NCBI GenBank assembly: GCA_965216875.1
Contig: OZ244207.1
Span: forward strand, 2,560,001 to 2,624,000
From: Rubripirellula sp.
GTDB taxonomy: Bacteria > Planctomycetota > Planctomycetia > Pirellulales > Pirellulaceae
Reading direction: 5' to 3'
DNA length: 64,000 nt
Under the pieces are notes generated by a model. That model was not told the DNA's origin. It worked only from the letters and a program-made list of their open reading frames with translations, and made no database searches. Positions 29,930 to 39,620 of the stretch are shown in pieces; the stretch's first letter is position 1, and each line of letters begins with the position of its first letter. The translations under genes were made by a program, and so were the position numbers.

Positions 29930-30885
29930 GAGCAACTCACTTGGCTGTTTGAATCTGGACTGTTCGATTCAGGGCTATTTGATTGGCGGACATCCAAACC
30001 AGCGCGTTGAAACAGCAGGCGGATGATTTCGTCAGCGATCGACTGGTCGCAAGCACGCTGGGCTCCTTTCCAACCGGGAATCGCATTCACTTCGAGGACG
30101 CGGTAGCCGCCATCTTCGGTGTGAAGGAAGTCGACCGAAGCAAAATCGAGTCCGATCTGTTCGAGAATTCGTTTGGCCATCGCAACCTGTTCGTCCGTCG
30201 GCACGACCTCTTTTGCGGTGCCGCCACTGATCACGTTCGTCCGAAAGTCGTTTGCATTGCTCCTCTCAACCGCGATCACACGATCGCCAATCACCAGCAG
30301 CCGAGTGTCGATACCACCGGGGGCAATGAATTCTTGCAGGTAGACAACCGCACCGACCTGTTCAAGCGTCGAAAAGGTGTACCAAGCGAGTTCGCGATCG
30401 GTCACTCGCATGACTCCGCGTCCTTCGCCCCCGAAAATGGGTTTGACAACAACATCGCCGCCCAGCGATTCGAACGCCGTCATCGCATCGGCTCGAGATT
30501 GGACAACGATCGTTCTTGGAACGGGATAGCCAAGCTTCGAGACGCGAGCGAGGGTCGCGTATTTGTCGATTGCAATCTCCAAAGCCGCCGGCTGATTGAC
30601 AATCGGTGTGCCACGCAGTGCGTGCAGGGTCGCTAACCGAAACGTGATCTGTTCGAGCGAACCGGCCGGCATCGTTCGCGTGAGGATTGCGTCAAAATGG
30701 TCGAGCGGCCCCGCCTCGCAAACGATTCCCGACTCGACGTCGCGGCCACACGAAAACACTTCCCCCTTGATCGACTCGTAAGTCGCGTAGGCGAGCTCAC
30801 TGCCAGCGGCTTCGGCTGCAGCGCGAAGTTGGTTCGAATGCCAACCTTCGCCACCACCGAGAACGAGGAATCGCGGTTGACTCAT
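29926..30885 (-). CDS. RimK-family ATP-grasp ligase (methanopterin-pathway Orf5/MptN-like glutamate ligase)
   Basis: GSLEQITFRL, DKYAT, VVKPIFGGEGRG, FRTNV, LEVNAIPGW. ATGA overlap with mch. Confidence 0.85.
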   Translation of the reverse strand: MSQPRFLVLGGGEGWHSNQLRAAAEAAGSELAYATYESIKGEVFSCGRDVESGIVCEAGPLDHFDAILTRTMPAGSLEQITFRLATLHALRGTPIVNQPAALEIAIDKYATLARVSKLGYPVPRTIVVQSRADAMTAFESLGGDVVVKPIFGGEGRGVMRVTDRELAWYTFSTLEQVGAVVYLQEFIAPGGIDTRLLVIGDRVIAVERSNANDFRTNVISGGTAKEVVPTDEQVAMAKRILEQIGLDFASVDFLHTEDGGYRVLEVNAIPGWKGAQRACDQSIADEIIRLLFQRAGLDVRQSNSPESNSPDSNSQVSCS

Positions 30886-31829
30886 GACAGGAACGATTGC
30901 CGCAGGACTTCCGTCTCGATACTGCCGTTGTGCCAAGTCTTGCCCGACCGCAAATTGTGAATGATCACGACAGCGGGGCTGAACAACAGCGGATCGACTT
31001 TGTAAAAGTCATAGTCATATTGTTTGAAGATCTTTGCAAACGGTTGACCATGATCCGAGGACGACGAACTCGGAGCCTGACTTGCAACGGCATCGATTGC
31101 ATCATCTTCACAATCGACCCACAGCGTCACGGTCGCTCCATAAAGCATCGCGTCGTTCGTGCGACCGATCCCACCGACCATGTCGCCTGGTTTTGCCGGC
31201 GGTGGCAGAGGAGCCGAGCCGGTTGCCGTGACAATCGACTTGACGTCAAACTTCAACTCATGAAGTTTATGCATCGCCGTTTCGACGCTTCGCGCGACGA
31301 CTTGCAGACTTCCTGCAATCGAAGTGCTCGGTGCGACCGCAATCGAGATTTGGTCTGTCGCGACTTTGCAATGTTCGCCGATCAATGCGATCGCCGACTC
31401 ACTTGGCAACTTGTCTGATTCGAGAACGCCGACGACATGACCGGACTGTTCGCAAAGCCCGAGCTCTTCGAGCGTTTCCTCGCGACCGCGCACAGCCCGC
31501 ATCGGACCACTTCCCATCGCGAAAAAGTCATCCGTTTGAACTGGCCAGCCGGCATATTGTGACGCCAAGCAAGCTCGTAGCGGATCGTCTGTAACCACAT
31601 GCACCAAGTTGCTTGCCGCAAGTTCATCAAACGATGCTGGCACAACTGACACTTGGCCGCGATCAGCCAAACACAATCGGGCGAGCATCAGTCCGGCGCC
31701 GATTGAACCGGGCGTCTTGATGCCAACATCCGCGATCGTCGCGCCGCCGACCGTCGACACCGTTGCCCCAAGTGACTCGGCGCGGCCGACCAATTCTTCG
31801 AATGTTCTTCGTGCAAGTTCGTTTAGCAT
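30882..31829 (-). CDS. mch: Methenyltetrahydromethanopterin cyclohydrolase
   Basis: ACLASQYAGW, AMGSGPMRA, QVVARSVETAMHKL, GRTNDAMLYG, DFYKVDPLLFSPA. Confidence 0.95.
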   Translation of the reverse strand: MLNELARRTFEELVGRAESLGATVSTVGGATIADVGIKTPGSIGAGLMLARLCLADRGQVSVVPASFDELAASNLVHVVTDDPLRACLASQYAGWPVQTDDFFAMGSGPMRAVRGREETLEELGLCEQSGHVVGVLESDKLPSESAIALIGEHCKVATDQISIAVAPSTSIAGSLQVVARSVETAMHKLHELKFDVKSIVTATGSAPLPPPAKPGDMVGGIGRTNDAMLYGATVTLWVDCEDDAIDAVASQAPSSSSSDHGQPFAKIFKQYDYDFYKVDPLLFSPAVVIIHNLRSGKTWHNGSIETEVLRQSFLS

Positions 31830-32037
31830 GCGAAAAATGTCGTAAATACTGTCGTCGCTGGCAACCGGGGCAGCATTTTGACCTTTCAGGCGTTCCAGAT
31901 TGCCATTCGAGCCGCGACCTTTGGCGGTGCAACGCGGTTCGCAGTGTCCCTCCCCCTGCCCAAAAAGGGTCCGATCGGTCATCCTAGCGGGGTCGTTTCC
32001 CGTTCTTCACTCGACCCAATGCGGCGACGGACCATCG

Positions 32038-32622
32038 ATGGCCCTTTCGATCATTCATTACCCCCATCCCACCCTTCGATACAAAAGCAAGCCAATTCGG
32101 CGCGTTGATGCGGAATTGCGTGAAATCGCTGCCGAGATGCTCGAACTGATGTACGAAGCCGATGGCGTGGGACTTGCCGCGAACCAGGTCGACCTTCCAC
32201 TGCGTCTCTTTGTAGCCAACCCCTCTGGCACTCGCGGTGAGGGCGAGGAGTTGGTGCTGCTGAACCCCGAATTGCAACGCCCGCGGGGCAGTGACGTGGC
32301 ACAGGAAGGTTGTTTGAGCTTGCCCGAGCTTTATGGCATGGTCAAACGGCCCAAAGTCGTCCGGCTCAGCGCCTATGACTTGCAGGGCAATCCGATCGAA
32401 TGCGATGTTGACGGATTCCTCGCACGTGTACTGCAACACGAGAACGACCACTTGGACGGCGTCCTGTTTTTCGATCGACTCGGCGAGGACGACAGGGATG
32501 AATTGGACGACAAACTCAACGAACTGGAAGTCGATTTTCGTGCCAAGCAGGAATCGGGCACCCTTCCAAGCAACGACGAACTCTTGGCCCGCTTGGAAAA
32601 GTGGACCAGCAAGTATGCGTAG
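32038..32622 (+). CDS. def: Peptide deformylase
   Basis: GVGLAANQV, EGCLS, QHENDHLDG. Confidence 0.96.
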   Translation: MALSIIHYPHPTLRYKSKPIRRVDAELREIAAEMLELMYEADGVGLAANQVDLPLRLFVANPSGTRGEGEELVLLNPELQRPRGSDVAQEGCLSLPELYGMVKRPKVVRLSAYDLQGNPIECDVDGFLARVLQHENDHLDGVLFFDRLGEDDRDELDDKLNELEVDFRAKQESGTLPSNDELLARLEKWTSKYA

Positions 32623-32700
32623 CTGGAGTCCTCGAAGATGTCGCCGTCTTCCGACTCGAATTCTCCGTCGACACCCTCAAGGCCGATAGACCGCACCGCC

Positions 32701-33681
32701 ATGGGAGACGAAACCACCAACGCTCTAAGAATCATCTTGATGGGAACAGGTCCCTTTGCCGTTCCCTCCTTCGAAGCCATCCGCGAAGCTGGCCACGACA
32801 TCTTGCTCGTCGTCACTCGCCCAATCCCGCCCACGAAAAGCCGCAAAGGGGCGCCGCCGGCGCCCGTGCGTGATTGGGCAACCGAACACGGATTACCCCT
32901 GATTGATCCGCCAAGCATCAATGAAGGCGAGGTCATCCAACAGTTGTTCTCGCAGAATGCCGACTTGATGGTTGTTTGCGACTACGGCCAAATCCTCAAA
33001 CCGGATGCGCTCTCGGCGTCACGACTGGGCGGCATCAATCTGCACGGGTCTTTGCTGCCAGCCTACCGAGGCGCGGCACCTGTCCAACGGTCGCTCCTAA
33101 GTGGTGATGCAGTCACCGGCGTTTCGGTCATTCATATGACGCCTCGACTCGACGGCGGCCCCGTGTTGACGACGCGCGAAACGGATATCCAAGCGGACGA
33201 AACCGCAGGCGAACTTGAAGAGCGTCTTTCGGCCATCGGAGTCGGCGCAACGATGGAAGCGGTCGCAATACTCGACGAGTGGGATGGTGATGATGACCTT
33301 ATCGGGCAACCGCAGGATGCGTCCAAGGTCAGCAAAGCGCCGCGATTGAGTAAGGCGGAAGCCGAAATCGACTGGTCACGTTCGGCCAAGGAAATCGATT
33401 GCCACGTTCGCGGCATGCAACCATGGCCGATCGCGTTTACTCACGTTCAGATCAATGAAAAGAAACCGCCAGTTCGTTTGGCTGTCAAGAAAGTTCGCGT
33501 GACCACCGGCGCCGTCGGTGGAGCTCAACCGGGCGAACTCGTCGAAGGCGAAGGGCTGCTGATCGCCTCGGGAGACATGGTCATCGAAATCGAACGTCTT
33601 CAGCCGGCAGGCAAACGTGAAATGTCTGGCGAAGAATTCCTGCGCGGACATCAGCTCACACCTGGCTTGGTTTTGAAATAG
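32701..33681 (+). CDS. fmt: Methionyl-tRNA formyltransferase (start 32701 or 32638)
   Basis: IILMGTGPFA, INLHGSLLPAYRGAAPV, LDGGP, LQPAGKREM. Follows def. Confidence 0.95.
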   Translation: MGDETTNALRIILMGTGPFAVPSFEAIREAGHDILLVVTRPIPPTKSRKGAPPAPVRDWATEHGLPLIDPPSINEGEVIQQLFSQNADLMVVCDYGQILKPDALSASRLGGINLHGSLLPAYRGAAPVQRSLLSGDAVTGVSVIHMTPRLDGGPVLTTRETDIQADETAGELEERLSAIGVGATMEAVAILDEWDGDDDLIGQPQDASKVSKAPRLSKAEAEIDWSRSAKEIDCHVRGMQPWPIAFTHVQINEKKPPVRLAVKKVRVTTGAVGGAQPGELVEGEGLLIASGDMVIEIERLQPAGKREMSGEEFLRGHQLTPGLVLK

Positions 33682-33694
33682 CAAAACGCGATCG

Positions 33695-34180
33695 ATGAGC
33701 GACGAGTCCACCAACGACGCAGCGACCCTTCGCGAGTTGCTCTTGCAACAGAAACGAAAGATCGCAATCGCCGAAAGCCTGACCGGCGGCAATCTGCAGG
33801 CGTTGCTGACGAGCGTCAGTGGCGCGTCGGACGTTTTCGAAGGCGGGACCACGGCCTACAACCTGACTCAAAAGACGGCGATACTCGGCGTCGATCGTGA
33901 CCACGCAGCAAGCGTCAATTGCGTTTCCGAGCAGGTTGCCAAGGAAATGGCCCTTGGGGTGGCCGAACAATTTCAAGTCGACACGTCGGCTGCGACCACG
34001 GGTTATGCCGAACCGTGGCCTGACGCGCACATTGACACTCCTTTTGCATTCTTCGCCATCAGCATCGATCGCGAAATCTCAACCGGGCGAATCGAGTGCC
34101 CCGGCCTCAACCGGCAACAAGTCCAACATGCCGTCGCACACGCCGTCGTGAAAAAGTTGATCGAACGGCTCTCGGCCTGA
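33695..34180 (+). CDS. pncC: CinA C-terminal / PncC nicotinamide-nucleotide amidohydrolase
   Basis: AESLTGG, SGASDVF.GG..AY...K, VSEQVAKEMA, TTGYA.P. Confidence 0.85.
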   Translation: MSDESTNDAATLRELLLQQKRKIAIAESLTGGNLQALLTSVSGASDVFEGGTTAYNLTQKTAILGVDRDHAASVNCVSEQVAKEMALGVAEQFQVDTSAATTGYAEPWPDAHIDTPFAFFAISIDREISTGRIECPGLNRQQVQHAVAHAVVKKLIERLSA

Positions 34181-34187
34181 TACGCAT

Positions 34188-34295
34188 TCGTGCACGTGCT
34201 CGTGCTCGTGCTCGACTGCTTCACTCGATCTGCAACCAACGACTTGGACCGCCGACCAATTCCAGAAGTTTGGTGCGTGCAAGCACACACCCTAC
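34188..34295. repeat. (GTGCTC)n-like hexamer run plus REP family C copy
   Basis: GTGCACGTGCTCGTGCTCGTGCTCG at about 34190-34214 and TGGTGCGTGCAAGCACACACCCTAC at 34271-34295. Confidence 0.7.
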
Positions 34296-34310
34296 TGTTC
34301 ATCCGGAGGC

Positions 34311-35453
34311 TCACTCGTGCTCAAACAGAACACAAATGGCGGATGGTGCGTGGACAACACTTCGGTTGTACGTCAACTCACCGGTCTGCTGATCAACGGC
34401 AAACGAGGCGAGGGTGTGCGAGTTCTGGCCACCGGCGAGCAACCACTTGCCAGACGGGTCGAGGTTGAAATTCCGCGGGGTCGCCCCTCTCACATGCTCA
34501 ACCTCAATCACCGACAATTCGCCAGTTTGCTGATCGACCTTGAACGCCGTGATCGTATCGTGACCTCGGTTGGCCGAATAAACGAACTTGCCGCTTGGAT
34601 GAACGCGAATCTCCGAGGCACTCTTGAATTGTTCTTTGGCCAGTTCTGATTTCGGCACGGTGTCAATCGTTTGCTTCGCGGTCATCTCGCCCGTCTTCGC
34701 GTTGTAGTCAAACACGGTCACACTCAGTGACAGCTCGTTCAAGACATAAACCCAGCGGCCGCTGGTGTGAAACTTCATATGTCGCGGGCCGCCACCCGGT
34801 GGGACCGATGCGAACCCATGAGGCTTGATTTCTGCGGTGTCGGTATCGACTTTGTAGATCACGACCTTGTCCATTCCAAGATCGGGCACAAATGCAAAAC
34901 GCCGGTCAGGCGAGAAGCCGGCCCAGTGCGCGTGTGGTTTGTCTTGTCGACCAGGGACAACCGACGAACCACCTTCGTGTTTGATCAATCCCGTTTGCTT
35001 GTCGAGCGATCCATCGGCATTGAGAGAGAATGCGGCCGTCGATCCACCTCCGTATTGAGCCGTCAACAAAGTCTTTCCGGAAGCGTCAACGGCAACGTGC
35101 GCTGCACCGCCATCGCCGATCGGAAGCGAATTGACGTAGCGGAGCGTTGCGTCTTTCCCCTTACCTTCGATCGAATAACAGACAACCGAAGGAACGCCTT
35201 CGTAGGATGCAACGGCGTAAAGGTGCCCGCCCTTGGGATGCATTGCCAAGAACCCCGGTCCGCCGACTTCGGCTGCGAGCGTGGGCGTCGAGAGCTTGCC
35301 CGTCTTTGTGTCGAGCGTGCAATGATAAATCCCCTTGCTCGGCTTGGACCGGCTGGTACCAATCCAAACGTCAAGCGACTCCGCGACAGCAACGTGTGGC
35401 ACAGTCATCGACGCAACGACAGCAAGACAAAGTAAACCGGTACAACGCAACAC
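34311..35453 (-). CDS. Secreted lactonase family protein (6-phosphogluconolactonase-like beta-propeller)
   Basis: PHAHWAGFSPD, PDLGMDKV, GGPRHM, SANRGHD, PRNFNLDPSG. GTG start at 35453 after GGAG, with signal peptide. Confidence 0.9.
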   Translation of the reverse strand: MLRCTGLLCLAVVASMTVPHVAVAESLDVWIGTSRSKPSKGIYHCTLDTKTGKLSTPTLAAEVGGPGFLAMHPKGGHLYAVASYEGVPSVVCYSIEGKGKDATLRYVNSLPIGDGGAAHVAVDASGKTLLTAQYGGGSTAAFSLNADGSLDKQTGLIKHEGGSSVVPGRQDKPHAHWAGFSPDRRFAFVPDLGMDKVVIYKVDTDTAEIKPHGFASVPPGGGPRHMKFHTSGRWVYVLNELSLSVTVFDYNAKTGEMTAKQTIDTVPKSELAKEQFKSASEIRVHPSGKFVYSANRGHDTITAFKVDQQTGELSVIEVEHVRGATPRNFNLDPSGKWLLAGGQNSHTLASFAVDQQTGELTYNRSVVHAPSAICVLFEHE

Positions 35454-35625
35454 GTCTCTTCTCCGCTCGAGTAGCTCATGGTGGGAAATGGCCCCATGGC
35501 GGGAAATGATCTGGGCCAAAGCGTTGCCGTTTCGCAATTGGCTAAATGCGATGACACCGCGAGTTGTTTGGGACCGGCACAATCATGGTCAATCGGCCGG
35601 TCCCATTGCAACCATTCACAACGGA

Positions 35626-35871
35626 TCAAACGTCTAAATTTGCCGGCTCACCAGCGTCCCGTTGGGCTCCGAGGTAGATCCCGAGCCCGAGCACACTGAC
35701 CAAGACAGCAAACAGAACCAATGTCGAAAGCAGATCGGACGGCGTAAGAACGATTGCAAAGAGACTGCAAGTCATCAGTGCAACCGTCACCAGACGCAGC
35801 CGAAAGGCGATTGCAACAGAAAGCGAAATGACGCCGAGAAACAAGAGTTCAAGCGGACTGATACCAAACAT
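35626..35871 (-). CDS. Small membrane protein (81 aa, about 3 TM)
   Basis: ATG preceded by GGAGA. Strongly hydrophobic and fills the gap between nadA and the lactonase gene. Confidence 0.7.
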   Translation of the reverse strand: MFGISPLELLFLGVISLSVAIAFRLRLVTVALMTCSLFAIVLTPSDLLSTLVLFAVLVSVLGLGIYLGAQRDAGEPANLDV

Positions 35872-36038
35872 GGCAAAGGTCTCCCAAAGAGTGGGGGTAG
35901 GAACGTGTCACCTTCGCCGAAAGCACTCCGTCAAACTAAAGGCGTCACGGAAGTGAAGCGATTTTCGATTGCTTCGAGTGTCGCAGGCCTCGAGGTCCAA
36001 GTCAAGATTTCGCCGACAAACGCCGCTAGTTCATTCTG

Positions 36039-37202
36039 CTACTTCACAGCCAGCATCCGCTCGAGCGCGATCAGACTCCATTCTGCTGTCTCATCATCAA
36101 CCGAAATCTCATTGACGACTTGTCCATCGCGCAAGTTCTCGAGCACCCAGCAGAGATGTGCCAAGTCGATCCGGTACATCGTTGCGCACATGCATACAAC
36201 CGGACTGAGGAAGTGGATTTCTTGTTCCGGATGCTCGGCTTTGAGCCGATTGACCAAATGCAACTCGGTACCGATTGCCCACTTGGTGCCCGCCGGACTC
36301 TTCTCGACCGTGTCGATGATCTTGCCCGTGCTTCCAGACACATCGGCGATGTCATTGACTTCGCGAGGACATTCGGGATGCACCAGAATCTTGATGCCCG
36401 GATGTTGGCTGCGAAACTGCTCGACATGTTCGGGCCGGAACATCTGATGAACGCTGCAGTGCCCCTTCCAAAGGATGACCTTGCTCTTTTCGAGCGCCGC
36501 TTCGGTGTTCCCACCAAGCTCGAGTGCGTAGGGATCCCACACAGGCATTTCGTCTTCTTCAATTCCCATCGTGAGCGCCGTGTTGCGTCCAAGATGTTGG
36601 TCGGGAAAGAAGAACACGCGCTGGCCTCGCTCGAAGGCCCACTCAAGCACAGCACCCGCGTTGCTGCTGGTGCAAACGATGCCGCCATGCTTACCGCAAA
36701 AGGCTTTCAAACTGGCTGCGCTATTGATGTACGTGACCGGTATGACCTGTTCGGTATCGATCACTTCGGACATATCTTCCCAAGCCGCTTCGACCTGTGC
36801 GATCGCAGCCATGTCGGCCATCGAACAACCAGCGGCCATGTCGGGCAAGATCACCGTCACTTCGCGACCATCGCGTGCTTCGAGCTTCTCCGGACGGTTG
36901 GCCAGAATGTCGGCAGTTTCGGCCATGAAATGGACGCCGCAAAAAACGATCGTCTCACACTCTTGGCTGGCGGCTGCCATCTCACTGAGCTTGTAGCTGT
37001 CGCCCCGTAGGTCCGAGTGGGCGATCACCTCATCCTGCTGGTAGTGGTGCCCGAGAATGAGCAACTTGTCGCCGAAGTGTTCTTTGACGGCTTCGATCCG
37101 AGATTGCAATTCGGCAGCTTCAAGCGATTTGTAGGGCGCCAGTGGGTGCAGCGCATCCGCTTCACCCTCGAATGTTGCGTTTTGAGTAGCCAACCGAGCC
37201 AT
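36039..37202 (-). CDS. nadA: Quinolinate synthase NadA
   Basis: GHHYQ, FCGVHFMAETA, AGCSMAD, YINS, GHCSVH, HPEC, CMCATM. Confidence 0.96.
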   Translation of the reverse strand: MARLATQNATFEGEADALHPLAPYKSLEAAELQSRIEAVKEHFGDKLLILGHHYQQDEVIAHSDLRGDSYKLSEMAAASQECETIVFCGVHFMAETADILANRPEKLEARDGREVTVILPDMAAGCSMADMAAIAQVEAAWEDMSEVIDTEQVIPVTYINSAASLKAFCGKHGGIVCTSSNAGAVLEWAFERGQRVFFFPDQHLGRNTALTMGIEEDEMPVWDPYALELGGNTEAALEKSKVILWKGHCSVHQMFRPEHVEQFRSQHPGIKILVHPECPREVNDIADVSGSTGKIIDTVEKSPAGTKWAIGTELHLVNRLKAEHPEQEIHFLSPVVCMCATMYRIDLAHLCWVLENLRDGQVVNEISVDDETAEWSLIALERMLAVK

Positions 37203-37265
37203 CCTCAACCAAGTTCAAAATCGAGCCAAAAACCGGCCGCACGAGGCCGTCTTTCTCAACCCGCA

Positions 37266-38519
37266 TTATAGGCATTTGCCCGAATTGTTCGAGAGGCTCT
37301 TAGCCGATGCCAGATTCCCCACAACCGCGACAGGCCATGGAAGATTCCCCGGAAGTGTTTGCAGATCACTGGCGGCGCTCACAAAAACGCGCACGTCGTC
37401 CGCCGCCAAGGAGGTCAGGTCAACGTCGCCATCGGCGCGCCACTCTCGCTCTTGTTCCCACTTGCCATCGCGCCCGCGGGGATGGAAACGAAACTGATCT
37501 TCAACGGGAATCGCTTCAAGCTCGGAAGGCTCACCATAAATCACTGGCCGGATTCCTAGCCGCGCTGCCGCCTCCCTGCGAATCGCGATCCCGTAGGGTT
37601 CGTAATCCCAACGACGAAGGTGACTTCGATAGCACCGTCGCTCCAACAAACCACGTAGTGGCATCTCAGAAAAGCAGACCACTCGATGCGTCCTTCGTGT
37701 CGTTGCGTTGCCAGCCCTCAAGCACTTTTGACTGAGAATCCGCGCCAAGGTGTCAACCGCGTTTCGATTCACGACCGATCCGTCTCCGAAGAGCAAATGA
37801 TCCATAAAGGACTCCATCGATTGGTCGACCCAATGCCCAGGGTTTGCGCGTGTGCAGTGCACGAGCCAACCTGATTGCGCCATCCAGCTATCGCCACAGC
37901 ATCTTGGCAACGCGGACGAGCGTGACGCAGAGTTGGGGGCAACCTCGGGCCGCGCCCAGCGTCCAATCGCTCCATGTTCGATCAGTCGCTTTGCTGCACA
38001 ACCTGCTTGCGAAGTAACGGCGACCTGAACGCTGCCAGCCAACTGAAACTCAAGCCGCTTCAACAAAACCTCTTCGATCTTGCCACCCGTCCGGGCGTAG
38101 ATCGCTTCGACTTGATCAGAAACGAAAGCAATCACCGCATCGCGACTAAGCGTCTCCGACTTCGACGGGGACGACCGAGCCGAGGTTAAAGAGAGATTGA
38201 TCCGATCAACGTCCAGCAAAAGATAGTTCGTCTTGAGTTTTTCGCAGCCGTGAACGGCGAGTGTTTCAATGGCCGATCCGACGGCAATCAACGCCGTTGC
38301 CTGCTGTTGGCGACAGCGTTGAATCGCGGAAACGAGAAAACGTGCCACAGCGCGTTTTCGAATCACATCGCTTCCGAGCCGGCTGGAAGTGATCCCAACC
38401 AATCGGGACGTGTGCTCGACGCAACTCGAAAGCACGTTGGGATCAAGGTCGGGAAAGAACCGCCCGATTCTTTCAGCCCGCAATTGGGCGCCTGACGGTG
38501 CGCGCGGATTGGCTGTCAT
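37266..38519 (-). CDS. Uncharacterised protein: SLOG/DprA-like N-terminus plus AbiGi/ADP-ribosyltransferase-like C-terminus
   Basis: Long ORF filling the gap. C-terminal motifs HCTR, LARIL, VCFSEMPL, YGIAI, PVIY, EREWR. Start is approximate. Confidence 0.7.
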   Translation of the reverse strand: MTANPRAPSGAQLRAERIGRFFPDLDPNVLSSCVEHTSRLVGITSSRLGSDVIRKRAVARFLVSAIQRCRQQQATALIAVGSAIETLAVHGCEKLKTNYLLLDVDRINLSLTSARSSPSKSETLSRDAVIAFVSDQVEAIYARTGGKIEEVLLKRLEFQLAGSVQVAVTSQAGCAAKRLIEHGAIGRWARPEVAPNSASRSSALPRCCGDSWMAQSGWLVHCTRANPGHWVDQSMESFMDHLLFGDGSVVNRNAVDTLARILSQKCLRAGNATTRRTHRVVCFSEMPLRGLLERRCYRSHLRRWDYEPYGIAIRREAAARLGIRPVIYGEPSELEAIPVEDQFRFHPRGRDGKWEQEREWRADGDVDLTSLAADDVRVFVSAASDLQTLPGNLPWPVAVVGNLASAKSLSNNSGKCL

Positions 38520-38827
38520 TTGTTGCCCCCACCAAATCGCCGTTTCCCCATTCAAGCAGGTCAAACGGCTGCCCCTCAGCCATTTCGCCATCCAGCGGGA
38601 ATCGCCTACCGAAAGCCATTTTAGGGGCAGCAGACGACTCCGAACATGCGGAAAAACCGGCATGACGCCTGAGATTATCCCCGGGCATCCCGGTTCCTGG
38701 GGGTTTTCTGCCCGATATCGCGTCGTGGGTGGCGTCACCGCAACCCACACTTGCCCGTGGGATGACAACGGGCCCCGAATCGCTAGATTGAAGGCTCACA
38801 ATCATCACCACCTGAACAAAGGGAACC

Positions 38828-39562
38828 ATGCCGACCCACCAAGCCGCAACCTGGGCCAACGTCACGGCAGAACAAATAGGTAATGAAGCCGTGAACCAAG
38901 CGGACTCGCATCTGATGGCGGTTGAACTTCACGACGCGCCGATCCAACCCGACCAGGAATGGGCAAACGCCTTGACCCATGGCGTGGCGGCGATCGGTTC
39001 GCTGGTGATCGGCGCTTACATGGTTTTGGTTGCAGCTGCCTATGGTGACGGAATGGCGATCGCCTGCGCCGTCTATATGGCTTCAGTCTTCGGCACGTTT
39101 TTCTGCTCGACCCTTTCGCACGTCTTTACCGAGCAACCAACGCTCAACACGATGCGCGCTTGGGACCAGGCGATGATCTACTCGATGATCTCGGGAACCT
39201 ACACCCCGATCATCTACGTGTACGGTCCGCCAGAGATCAAGTTTCCTTTGTTGGCAATCATTTGGATCGCCGCTGCAGCCGGCTTCATTCACAAAGTTGC
39301 GCTGCGACACCGTATCAACTCGATTGGCACCGTATCCTATCTTCTTCTCGGCTGGCTCCCAGCGATGCCCTTGATCGGTCGCGTCCCTAGCGAAGTCACG
39401 ATGACCATGCTTGCTGGCGGAGTGGTATACACGCTCGGCGTGATCGCACTTATCAATGACCGCAAGATGAAATACATGCACGCGGTCTGGCACCTGTCGG
39501 TGATGCTTGCGGCGTTGCTGCACTTTCTTGGCATCCTTCGTTACGTCGTCCAAGCAAGCTAG
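38828..39562 (+). CDS. Hemolysin III / PAQR family membrane protein (start may be 38891 or later)
   Basis: EWANALTHG, STLSH, DQAMIY..ISGTYTP, HAVWHL. Confidence 0.92.
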   Translation: MPTHQAATWANVTAEQIGNEAVNQADSHLMAVELHDAPIQPDQEWANALTHGVAAIGSLVIGAYMVLVAAAYGDGMAIACAVYMASVFGTFFCSTLSHVFTEQPTLNTMRAWDQAMIYSMISGTYTPIIYVYGPPEIKFPLLAIIWIAAAAGFIHKVALRHRINSIGTVSYLLLGWLPAMPLIGRVPSEVTMTMLAGGVVYTLGVIALINDRKMKYMHAVWHLSVMLAALLHFLGILRYVVQAS

Positions 39563-39620
39563 TGCTGCGGATTACAATCATGGTGTCACCAGAGCAACTT
39601 CTTGCGCAGTTTGGGCAGTA

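Noticed and set aside
29944..29985. Degenerate 15-bp repeat encoding SNSPE/SNSPD/SNSQ at the RimK C-terminus
   Set aside because: Low-complexity tail with no evidence of function.
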